Positions 6,952 through 15,077 of a DNA stretch of 32,056 nucleotides are shown here, in pieces. The DNA lies in the IMG/VR virus record IMGVR_UViG_3300030060_003579, positions 1 through 32,056 of that record; one strand, 5' to 3'. Position numbers and translations under genes: made by a program. The notes beneath the pieces were generated by a model that was not told the origin of the DNA, searched no databases, and saw nothing but the letters and a program-made list of their open reading frames with translations. This stretch comes from a virus (lineage: Duplodnaviria; Caudoviricetes). Numbering within the stretch: the first letter of the stretch is position 1; each line of letters opens with the position of its first letter.

Positions 6952-7747
6952 GACATTTATCAATAAATCTACATTGCAGGAGAACTATTCTACCTTGCCC
7001 AATAAGCTGATCAATGATGAGAAGTTGTCAGGTGATGGTCTAGCAGTGCTTGTTTATCTGTTATCAAAGCCGTCAGACTGGAAGGTCAATGCACAGAATA
7101 TTGCCAATAGATTTGGCTATGGCATCAATAAAGTCTATCAGATTATCAAGCAGCTTATTCAATATGGTTACGTCAAGAAAGATGTCATCAGAGATCAGGG
7201 TAAGTACACGCAAATCGTTTACCACGTTTATGATCAACCATTTCACTGTTTACCACAAATGGATTTACCACAAATGGATATCAGTGAAACATACAAAAGA
7301 AAGAAAGTACTAAATAAAGAAATAACAAATGCCGTAGAACCATCAATATTCGATATTGCTGCTTCTAGGCTCATTAATCATGATGTACCTGATAAGAGGG
7401 CTAGAGGTATAGTTGCAATGCTCCTCTCTTCCTTTAAGAACATTACTGCTGTCAAAGAAAAGGAAAAGCTTTTAAAGGATGCCGTCTTTAAATTGCCTGA
7501 AACAATTACACAAGCTGACAGAGTTGTGCCTTACCTTACTAGAATGATACAGGCTACTGATGTTGTTAAAGAGCCTGAACAGAACTTCAGTGTTCAATAT
7601 AAATTGAGTGTTGATGATGTACTGACAGCAGGGCCTGCCTATCAAAGTAAGATAAACAGAGACAGTGACAAGGCTATGCAGGTTATGACAATGATAAAAA
7701 CAAATCAGATACACAGAGATCAGATAAGGTGGTTTAATGGGGCTTGA
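6944..7747 (+). CDS. Replication initiator (N-terminal winged HTH)
   Basis: NYSTLPNKLINDEKLSGDGLAVLVYLLSKPSDWKV..IIKQLIQYGYV; internal iterons; start ATG 6944. Confidence 0.8.
   Translation: MTETFINKSTLQENYSTLPNKLINDEKLSGDGLAVLVYLLSKPSDWKVNAQNIANRFGYGINKVYQIIKQLIQYGYVKKDVIRDQGKYTQIVYHVYDQPFHCLPQMDLPQMDISETYKRKKVLNKEITNAVEPSIFDIAASRLINHDVPDKRARGIVAMLLSSFKNITAVKEKEKLLKDAVFKLPETITQADRVVPYLTRMIQATDVVKEPEQNFSVQYKLSVDDVLTAGPAYQSKINRDSDKAMQVMTMIKTNQIHRDQIRWFNGA
7218..7330. repeat. Putative origin of replication inside the initiator gene
   Basis: TTTACCACAAATGGA x2 (7249-7278), partial TTTACCAC (7218-7225), flanking IR TTTCACTG (7241-7248)/CAGTGAAA (7282-7289), then an A-rich tract. Confidence 0.75.
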
Positions 7748-8102
7748 TGAGTTATACGACAGGTTGGAAGAAATGGTGCTTGTATGTAACAGCTTCCCAT
7801 CACCAATCAGAAAACAGAAACTGTGCTTTTGGCCTGAATATGCTAATGATGCCAACCTTGCCTATGGATATAATGTGACTACAGTTAGTATTAAGCCTAC
7901 TAATGACATGATAGATCGTTGTGATGAAGCACTGTTATGGGTGTTGAATATGCCTTTGGAAGACAGGAAAATTGTTTGGTTAAGAGGTTCTAAACTGTCC
8001 TGGAGGAAGATTTCTTCATTTTTTTCATGTAATAAAGATACTGCGAAAGCCAAGCACACTCTAGCTTTGGTGAGATTGCAACATAAAATACGTCAAAAGT
8101 GA
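7737..8102 (+). CDS. Putative late-gene regulator (DUF6362-like, C-terminal sigma-4-like HTH)
   Basis: DRLEE..FWPEY..MIDRCDEALLWV..DRKIVWLRG..WRKIS; last early gene before the late leader. Confidence 0.65.
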   Translation: MGLDELYDRLEEMVLVCNSFPSPIRKQKLCFWPEYANDANLAYGYNVTTVSIKPTNDMIDRCDEALLWVLNMPLEDRKIVWLRGSKLSWRKISSFFSCNKDTAKAKHTLALVRLQHKIRQK

Positions 8103-8113
8103 AAGGTTTTTTT

Positions 8114-8156
8114 ATTAGACAAAAAGCCAAGAATTAGACACATAATTAATTAAAAT
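8114..8156 (+). promoter_or_regulatory. Probable late promoter region
   Basis: ATTAGACA direct repeat (8114-8121, 8133-8140); -10-like CATAAT (8141) and TAAAAT (8151) without canonical -35 spacing. Confidence 0.45.
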
Positions 8157-8211
8157 AGAGTAAATTTATTTTTTCCTATAAATATCTCCTAAAAGAGGTT
8201 AATTTTATTTT

Positions 8212-8258
8212 GGCAGCCTAGTAGATTATTCGTCATTCTCCGCTAGGCTGTTTTTTTT
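8212..8258 (+). terminator. Intrinsic terminator of the late leader with a large anti-RBS loop (candidate sRNA 3' end)
   Basis: GGCAGCCTAG / CTAGGCTGTT stem, 21-nt loop TAGATTATTCGTCATTCTCCG, T8 tract at 8251-8258. Confidence 0.8.
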
Positions 8259-8267
8259 GAGGACACT

Positions 8268-8354
8268 ATGAACACTAAAAATAAAGAACAGAAGATTAAG
8301 AAATCTTTATCATTTTGGGAGTGGCTAGATATAAAGCTTAAAGAATGGTTGTAA
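8268..8354 (+). CDS. Trp-rich micropeptide, 28 aa (absent from ORF track)
   Basis: GAGGA RBS; MNTKNKEQKIKKSLSFWEWLDIKLKEWL; stop is 1 nt before the terS ATG. Confidence 0.55.
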   Translation: MNTKNKEQKIKKSLSFWEWLDIKLKEWL

Positions 8355-8355
8355 G

Positions 8356-9006
8356 ATGCGAGGACAGTTAAAGCCTGGTGTTAACTGGTTAGAAATAGAG
8401 AATAGAATAAGGTCAGGTGAGAAAGCTTTTGCAATCTCAAAAGACTATGAGATAAGCAGACAGGCAATAGAGAAGAGAGCCAAGAGGTTTGGTTGGTTAC
8501 GATCTCAGAAAGCTGTAGAAGTAGCTAAGATCAATGCAAAGGTTGCAAATGGTGAGATAAAGAGTGCAACCAAACGCAGTGCAACCTTAATGACAAAACG
8601 TAATCATGTACAGAGATTTGATAAGGATACACCTGAGACAAAGGATGCTATCCTCGAACTATTAAAGGAAGGCAACCCAAGAACAATAGCGGCTCAGTGT
8701 TCAGGAGTTTCTTTGGATAGCTTGAACAGGTGGGTAGATAGAGACGATCAGTTTGCTTTGTTGGTACGTCAAGCAGAGAGCGAGGCAGTGCGTTTTAGGC
8801 TGCAAAATATCAAAAAAGCAGGTAATCGTGGTGACTGGAAAGCTGATAGTTGGTACTTAGAGAGAACACAAAGACAGATATTTGGTAATGAAAACAATAA
8901 GTTAGGTGCTATGAACCTGCAGATAAACATAATGAGGGATACAAGTACAGAACCTGTGACCATTGACTCTGTAACCATTGATAATGCTGAGGTTTCAGAA
9001 AGTTAG
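8356..9006 (+). CDS. terS: Terminase small subunit
   Basis: N-terminal HTH (NWLEIENRIRSGE..ISRQAIEKRAKRFGW), second HTH, GDWKADSWYLERT motif; upstream of terL. Confidence 0.8.
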   Translation: MRGQLKPGVNWLEIENRIRSGEKAFAISKDYEISRQAIEKRAKRFGWLRSQKAVEVAKINAKVANGEIKSATKRSATLMTKRNHVQRFDKDTPETKDAILELLKEGNPRTIAAQCSGVSLDSLNRWVDRDDQFALLVRQAESEAVRFRLQNIKKAGNRGDWKADSWYLERTQRQIFGNENNKLGAMNLQINIMRDTSTEPVTIDSVTIDNAEVSES

Positions 9007-9365
9007 TCACCACATAGTCACCACATACCCCCATGCCATGCCCCACAGGGTCGGTGCTTTGGCGTAAGCGAAAACGTATATATCACACTCACGCACACAC
9101 AAAATTTTAACCACCATAGGTTGCACTATTAAACAGGTTGCACAGAAGAAGGGTTGCAATGACACAATTTGATCCATCAATGGTTGCACAGATGTTAATG
9201 CAACCTGTAGGCAAGGAGTCTTTAGACCAAAAGGTTGCAGATGAAAATTACTTTCAACCAATAGAAATACCATTACCTGGAATGCTTTCACCATTGGATA
9301 TGCAGGGTGGTTTCTTTATGAGTCCTGAAACAGCAAAAAAGGTTGCGTATGGTGGAGCGGTTGCA
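8541..9365. repeat. Cluster of GGTTGCA heptamers around the terS end (candidate packaging signals)
   Basis: Exact copies at 8541, 9119, 9136, 9152, 9182, 9233, 9359 (+) and 8565, 8580, 9199 (-). Confidence 0.6.
8956..9027 (-). repeat. Inverted copy of the attP arm-repeat array
   Basis: TAGTCACCACA x2 (9004-9025), GTAACCATTGA (8971-8981) and GTGACCATTGA (8956-8966) match 178-218 in reverse complement. Confidence 0.65.
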
Positions 9366-10511
9366 GGTGCATCCTTTGTGCCAGGAGCAGGATTTGTTGA
9401 TGCCGCAGGTGGTGCGGTAGATGTAACAGGACAGCCGTTACTTAGTTTTGGTGAGAATATTGGACAGGGTAATTATCTTGATGCCGCCTTACAGGGATTA
9501 GGTGTTGCAGGTGATATGGCTACTTTTGCAGCACCATTTACGGCAGGTACATCATTGGCATTAGCGGCAATGTTAAAAGCACCTGGTGCAGCTAGAAAAG
9601 TTACAAAGGCTACAGAAGTTGCCAGTGATGTTTCTAAGTTTTCTGGCATGGATAAAGCAAGCAGGTTAGAAAGAGCTAGAAAATTAGGCTTTGATGTAGA
9701 TAATCCAATTTATCATGGAACAAACACAGATGAATTGACTGAGTTTGATGAAAGCAAGATTGGTTTAAGAGATGAAGGGTTTTTCGGTAGAGGTTTCTAT
9801 TTTGCTGATAATGCAGGAGAGGCAGGATACTATGGCAAGAATGTTGGTGAATATTTTGTAAGAGGTAATTTATTAGATTTAACTGATACATCAGGAGAAC
9901 CATCATATTTAGGAAGTCCACTTATATTTATTAATTGGGCAGAAAAACTAGACAAGATTGATATGCTTGATGATACACACAAGCAAGCACTTAAAGGTGC
10001 TAAAAAAGTTGTAAAATATTTTGATGAAAATGTAACAATTTTACCTGCACAAAACGCTGATGGCACTACAGGTTACACAGCTAAAATAATTGACCCTACT
10101 CGTGATCCTTTTGATGGTGATCCACAGGAAATTTTTATGCGAAGTAGGTATGATGATGATTTTCCAAAAACACAGGAAGAGGCAAAAGAAAGGTTATTTT
10201 ATCAATTTGCAGATGATGTAAGAACTAACCAATACAAAGACACAGATTTCTTTGAAGGTTTTAATGATGATTTCTTATTTTCATTGTCAGATTACATTAG
10301 AGAAGGTGGAGATGTTTCAGGTCTTAATGCTTCTAAGCTAACTGAAAAAGCTAAAGCGGCAGGATTTGATGGTATAAGAGCAGGTGATGAAACTGTAATC
10401 TTTGATGCTAAAAATATTCGCTCTTCTGATGCAGCGTTTGATCCAAAAAAGACAGATAGTCCACAACTATTATCAAGTGTAATGCAAGATAGTATGACAG
10501 CAGTAGCCTAA
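9159..10511 (+). CDS. ADP-ribosyltransferase (ART-PolyVal-like, H-Y-E clade) with Gly/Ala-rich pre-toxin-like N-terminus
   Basis: YHGT (9711), GRGFYF (GFYF at 9792), GFDGI..DETVIFDAKNIRS..AAFDP; start ATG 9159. Confidence 0.8.
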   Translation: MTQFDPSMVAQMLMQPVGKESLDQKVADENYFQPIEIPLPGMLSPLDMQGGFFMSPETAKKVAYGGAVAGASFVPGAGFVDAAGGAVDVTGQPLLSFGENIGQGNYLDAALQGLGVAGDMATFAAPFTAGTSLALAAMLKAPGAARKVTKATEVASDVSKFSGMDKASRLERARKLGFDVDNPIYHGTNTDELTEFDESKIGLRDEGFFGRGFYFADNAGEAGYYGKNVGEYFVRGNLLDLTDTSGEPSYLGSPLIFINWAEKLDKIDMLDDTHKQALKGAKKVVKYFDENVTILPAQNADGTTGYTAKIIDPTRDPFDGDPQEIFMRSRYDDDFPKTQEEAKERLFYQFADDVRTNQYKDTDFFEGFNDDFLFSLSDYIREGGDVSGLNASKLTEKAKAAGFDGIRAGDETVIFDAKNIRSSDAAFDPKKTDSPQLLSSVMQDSMTAVA

Positions 10512-11941
10512 TGGCAAAAACAATACGGCTTGAGTATGATCCGCAGCCTAAACAGGCATTGCTTCATAAATGTAGAGCAAGACAGATATTATTTGGTGGT
10601 GCTGTTGGAGGTGGTAAAAGTCACGCATTGAGATGGGATTGTATCGCATTTTGCTGTGAGAATCCTGGCTTGCAGGCATATATCTTTAGAAGGTCATTGC
10701 CTGAGTTGGAGAGTAACCATATACAGCAGATAAAGAAGGAATTGCCGTCAGAACTTGGTAATTTCTCTGAATCAAGGAAAAGATTTGAGTTCTATAATGG
10801 CTCTTATATACAGTTTCAGTATTTGGAGCGAGATTCTGACTGTGATCGTATTCAGGGTGCAGAAATACACCTGGCCTGTATTGATGAGGCAGGACAAATG
10901 TCAGCCTATCAGCTTGGCTATATAAAAAGTAGATTAAGACTTGGCGGCTATGAGCCAAAACAGAAACAGTATCTGCCAAGATTGGTAATGACTGCTAATC
11001 CAGGTGGTATTAGTCATAACTTCTTAAAAGCCTTGTATATTGATCCATCACCGCCTGAAACGTACTTTTATGATGTAACCATGAAAGACCCTCGCAATAA
11101 GAGCGATAAGGGTTGGTTGTCAATGTATATTCCTTCAAGGATGGAGGATAATAAGTTTATTGACCCTAATTATGGTGCATCTTTGTCAGGTTTGCCGTTT
11201 GAGTTGGCAAGAGCATTAAGAGAAGGTGACTGGGATTTAGTTGTTGGTTCTTTCTTTGGTGATGTATTCAGGCGTGATCGCCATGTAATAAAGCCGTTTG
11301 AGATACCTGAACACTGGCTGAGGTTCAGAAGCTTTGACTGGGGTTCTACAAAGCCTTTCTGTGTTGGTTGGTACACTGTTGCACAGCAATCTGATGACTT
11401 TGCGGATGGTGCATTGATTAAGTACAGAGAATGGTATGGTGCTGCAGGGCCTGACAGAGGGTTAAAACTCACTGCTGAAGAAGTTGCTCAAGGTATTAAA
11501 AGCAGAGAAGGTTATGAACGCATTGATTATTCTGTAGCTGATCCTTCTATATGGAAATGGGAATCAGGGCCGTCTATTGGAGAACGTATGGCAAAGTTAG
11601 GAGTACGTTTTAGAAGGGCGGACAATTCAAGAGTAGCAGGGTGGGATCAGATAAGACAAAGGCTAATTGGTGAAGATAATACACCAATGATGTATCTGTT
11701 TGAAACCTGTACAGACCTTATAAGAACATTGCCTCTGATGCAGCATGATCAGCACAGACCTGAAGATATTAATACAAAACAGGAAGATCACGCAGTTGAT
11801 GAGTTGAGGTACGCTTCTATGAGCAGAAGTTATCAAAGACCGATACCTGAAATGGAAGAAGATAAGTTTAGACCGCCAACCATAGATGAAATGATGGCAG
11901 GTCTTGATAATGCAACACCATATAAAACATGGAGATTATAA
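10511..11941 (+). CDS. terL: Terminase large subunit
   Basis: Walker A GGAVGGGKS, Walker B CIDEAG, TANPGG, nuclease FDWG..DPS..EDHAVDELRY. Confidence 0.95.
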   Translation: MAKTIRLEYDPQPKQALLHKCRARQILFGGAVGGGKSHALRWDCIAFCCENPGLQAYIFRRSLPELESNHIQQIKKELPSELGNFSESRKRFEFYNGSYIQFQYLERDSDCDRIQGAEIHLACIDEAGQMSAYQLGYIKSRLRLGGYEPKQKQYLPRLVMTANPGGISHNFLKALYIDPSPPETYFYDVTMKDPRNKSDKGWLSMYIPSRMEDNKFIDPNYGASLSGLPFELARALREGDWDLVVGSFFGDVFRRDRHVIKPFEIPEHWLRFRSFDWGSTKPFCVGWYTVAQQSDDFADGALIKYREWYGAAGPDRGLKLTAEEVAQGIKSREGYERIDYSVADPSIWKWESGPSIGERMAKLGVRFRRADNSRVAGWDQIRQRLIGEDNTPMMYLFETCTDLIRTLPLMQHDQHRPEDINTKQEDHAVDELRYASMSRSYQRPIPEMEEDKFRPPTIDEMMAGLDNATPYKTWRL

Positions 11942-13882
11942 TTGGCATACGGATCAGGCGAAACTGAGCCAACAAAAGAAACTGACAGAGCCGCTTACTG
12001 GAACAGTAAGATTACAGAGGCGAGAAGGTTTGAAGAGACTTGGAGAGACAGGTCACAGGCTTTAGTAGATAAATACAGAGATGATGGAATAGACAGGCAG
12101 GATAGACCCTTTCATACCATGAATATCTTTTATAGCAATGTTGATACATTAAAGTCAGCTTTGTATTTTAAAACACCGAAGCCAAAAGTCAGCAGACGTT
12201 TCAAAGATGGTGATCCTGTTGGGAGAGCCATTGCAGAACTGATAGAACGTGCATTGCTGTATCAACTCGATATGTATAACTTTGACAGCACCATGCGTAG
12301 GGCTATTGAAGATATGCTGATTACTGGCAGAGGTGTTGTCAGGATGCGTTATGACCCTGTAATTATTGAGGGAGAACCAAAGCGAGTTGATATAGAGCAG
12401 CAACCTATTGGTGAAGGTGTATTCAGATTTGTCAGTAAGGATGGTGAAGAATTTACACCTGATCAGATCAAGCAGGACACAAGAGGACTTTTTGTAGAGG
12501 GTGATGCAGAAGAGGTTGTTGGTGAACAGTCTATCTACTGTGAGTATGTGCATTGGTCTGATTTTACGATTGAACCAAACAGGGTATGGGATGATGTAAA
12601 CTGGATTGCATTTCGTATCCTGATGACTAAACAGCAGTTGATTGACCGCTATGGTGAAGAAGCTGCCATGAATATACCTCTAACCTACAGGCCTGATTAC
12701 TCATATAATGCAGAAAAAGAAACAGAGACAGATAGAGCAGAGGTATATGAAATTTGGGATAAGCTTTCTTCAAAACAGCTATTTCTTGCTATGGGGCATG
12801 ATAAGATACTTGAAGAGAATGATGACCCATATAACCTGATAAACTTTTGGCCCTGTCCTGAGCCTATGTATGCTGTGAGTACTACAACCACAACAACACC
12901 AGTTCCTGAGTTTATGATCTATGAAGATCAGGTGGCAGAACTTGATCTCATTACAGGCAGAATTGGTGTACTGACTGAAGCACTGAAAAGAAGAGGTGTT
13001 TATGATGCATCTTTCTCAGAATTGCAAAGATTGGCTGATGCTAGAGATAATCAATTTGTTCCTGTTGACAATATGGCAATGCTGCAGGCAGGCGGTGGTT
13101 TACAGAATGTCATGCAGGAAGCACCATTGGCAGGTATTATCCAGGCTTTACAGCAACTGTATCAGTCAAGACAGGTTATAGTTCAAACCATTTATGAGAT
13201 TGTCGGTATCTCTGATTTGATGCGAGGTACTTCTGCGAGTAGAGAAACAGCGACTGCTCAAAGAATAAAAGGGCAGTTTGGCTCTATGCGACTTGTCAAC
13301 AGACAAAGAGAGTTAGAGCGTTTTATGGATCAGATTATGGAAATGAAGGGCGAGATGCTTGTTGAGAATCTTGAGCCTGATGTCTTGCAGAAAATAACCT
13401 CTGTATCAGTAACTCCTGAGATGGTTGCTGTTTTGAGAAATGACAGATTGCGTTGTTTCAGGGTCAGAATTGATACTGATGAATCACAGGCACTTGATGC
13501 TGCCGTAGATCAGAAACAGAGGACTGAGTTTTTGACAGCTTCAGTACAGTTTCTGCAATCAGTTGGCCCACTTGTTTCTTCAGGTGCATTGGGATTTGAA
13601 CAGGCAAAACAGATGCTTTTATTTGCAGCTAAAGGTTTTTCAGGTGCAAGAGAATTGGAAGAAACACTTGAAGCATTACAACCGCCACAAAGAGGGCCGT
13701 CACCAACTGATAAATTGGTAGAGGTAGAAGCAGGAAAACTAAAGGCTCAAACAGAACAGGCTGCGGCTGATGCACAGGTTAAAGTTGCAAGATTGCAGTT
13801 AGATAAAGAAAAAGCAGATATAGATGCAAGACAGAAACAGGAAAAACTTGAAATTGAAAAAGCAAAATTGGTGGCAGGATAA
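11942..13882 (+). CDS. Portal protein (P22-like, with C-terminal coiled coil)
   Basis: 646 aa directly after terL; TTG start after GGAG; GISDLMRG..ETATAQRIK motif. Confidence 0.85.
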   Translation: MAYGSGETEPTKETDRAAYWNSKITEARRFEETWRDRSQALVDKYRDDGIDRQDRPFHTMNIFYSNVDTLKSALYFKTPKPKVSRRFKDGDPVGRAIAELIERALLYQLDMYNFDSTMRRAIEDMLITGRGVVRMRYDPVIIEGEPKRVDIEQQPIGEGVFRFVSKDGEEFTPDQIKQDTRGLFVEGDAEEVVGEQSIYCEYVHWSDFTIEPNRVWDDVNWIAFRILMTKQQLIDRYGEEAAMNIPLTYRPDYSYNAEKETETDRAEVYEIWDKLSSKQLFLAMGHDKILEENDDPYNLINFWPCPEPMYAVSTTTTTTPVPEFMIYEDQVAELDLITGRIGVLTEALKRRGVYDASFSELQRLADARDNQFVPVDNMAMLQAGGGLQNVMQEAPLAGIIQALQQLYQSRQVIVQTIYEIVGISDLMRGTSASRETATAQRIKGQFGSMRLVNRQRELERFMDQIMEMKGEMLVENLEPDVLQKITSVSVTPEMVAVLRNDRLRCFRVRIDTDESQALDAAVDQKQRTEFLTASVQFLQSVGPLVSSGALGFEQAKQMLLFAAKGFSGARELEETLEALQPPQRGPSPTDKLVEVEAGKLKAQTEQAAADAQVKVARLQLDKEKADIDARQKQEKLEIEKAKLVAG

Positions 13883-14856
13883 TGACTGAGTTTTTTCCAC
13901 AAGCACCAATGCTGCCTTATTACAGGTACTCTGAGCAAGGAAACCTTTTTGCTCCCAAAGGGTATGCTCAGGGTACACTTGTTGATTTATTGAGCAGTAG
14001 AAAAACAACCGACACAACAGGAGATATGCCCTTAAATTTAATGCCACCTGTCGATATATCTGAATCAGACCAATCTAAAACTGAATTAGACCAACCAACA
14101 TTTGAGGAGGTTAAAGACAGTGGAACGCAAAGTTTTTTCAATGGTATGGATGTTAACGAGGGCGATAATCTTTCTTTTGACGATTTGTCTGATTTATCTC
14201 TTACTGATGGTTTGTTTGGGGGGATCACAGTTAGTGGTAACTCACCAAAAGGATGGAATACACAGCACCAAAAAGAGTTTGATGCCTTAGTTGCAGCAGG
14301 TTTGAAACCAAGTGCAAAATGGACAGGCAGTGACTGGTATGTATTCGCAAAAGAGTTAGATGGTACGCCATTTGGTGAGCCAGGCATGATGTCACTAGCT
14401 GACAGTTATACATCTAAGGGCAAGTATGGTGGTCAAGCACCTGGAATCTTAGGACTAGCACAAACTGTGACAGGATCATTTAAACCTGATGAGGTGTTTC
14501 AGAAGAACCTTGCAGAGGCATTAGATACATTCTCTAATGAAGAGTTTACAGAATTGCAACCTAATAGTTTTGGAAGCAAAAACGCAGTTTTAAGTGCAGG
14601 TACAGTAACTGCAAAAAGAGGTGGTGCTGTTACAGCTAAAGAAGGCGGTACTGTAAAAGCAAAAGAACCACCTAAACCTGCACCAAAAACACAAAAACAA
14701 AAAACTGATGAACTTAGAAAATTAATAGAAGCTGCTGTAGCTGCTGCCAAAAAGAAAAAAGAAGAAGAAAATAGACAGCAGGAAAAAGAAGCAAGGCAAG
14801 GAACTAAGTTTGACAGAGACTTTACCAAAGATAAAAGTGGGAGAAAATATTTCTAA
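13882..14856 (+). CDS. Hypothetical protein (acidic N-half, Lys-rich C-terminus)
   Basis: 324-aa ORF coupled to neighbours by TAATG overlaps. Confidence 0.75.
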   Translation: MTEFFPQAPMLPYYRYSEQGNLFAPKGYAQGTLVDLLSSRKTTDTTGDMPLNLMPPVDISESDQSKTELDQPTFEEVKDSGTQSFFNGMDVNEGDNLSFDDLSDLSLTDGLFGGITVSGNSPKGWNTQHQKEFDALVAAGLKPSAKWTGSDWYVFAKELDGTPFGEPGMMSLADSYTSKGKYGGQAPGILGLAQTVTGSFKPDEVFQKNLAEALDTFSNEEFTELQPNSFGSKNAVLSAGTVTAKRGGAVTAKEGGTVKAKEPPKPAPKTQKQKTDELRKLIEAAVAAAKKKKEEENRQQEKEARQGTKFDRDFTKDKSGRKYF

Positions 14857-15077
14857 TGCGAAAAACTTTTGTCATGCAGAATGGTGAACTTGTAGAAAAG
14901 AAAACCATAATGGAAAAACGCTTGCAGTTAATCAGTGATATTGAACCTTATCAGAACATGGTCAATAGAGGTTGGATTACTGGCAGACGGCAACACAGAG
15001 AATTTTTAAAACAACATAACTTAGTAGAACTTGGAACAGATGGAGGCCAAATAAAAAATGGAAGCACAGCAAATTGA
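14856..15077 (+). CDS. Small head-module hypothetical protein
   Basis: ISDIEPYQNMV..ITGRRQHREFLKQHNLVELG; precedes the scaffold gene. Confidence 0.75.
   Translation: MRKTFVMQNGELVEKKTIMEKRLQLISDIEPYQNMVNRGWITGRRQHREFLKQHNLVELGTDGGQIKNGSTAN

Noticed and set aside
7249-7278. Iteron similarity (TGTGGT on the minus strand) to the att arm repeats
   Set aside because: Only about 6 shared bases and a different period (15 vs 11).
7050-7313. Alternative-frame ORF in the initiator with a YHKWI repeat
   Set aside because: The repeat is just the iterons read in another frame; no RBS or independent motif, unlike the nested MTase ORF.
9119-9239. CRISPR-like array from the GGTTGCA repeats
   Set aside because: Repeats are 7 nt, irregularly spaced and in both orientations; no cas operon, and the PD-(D/E)XK nuclease is a typical stand-alone phage enzyme.
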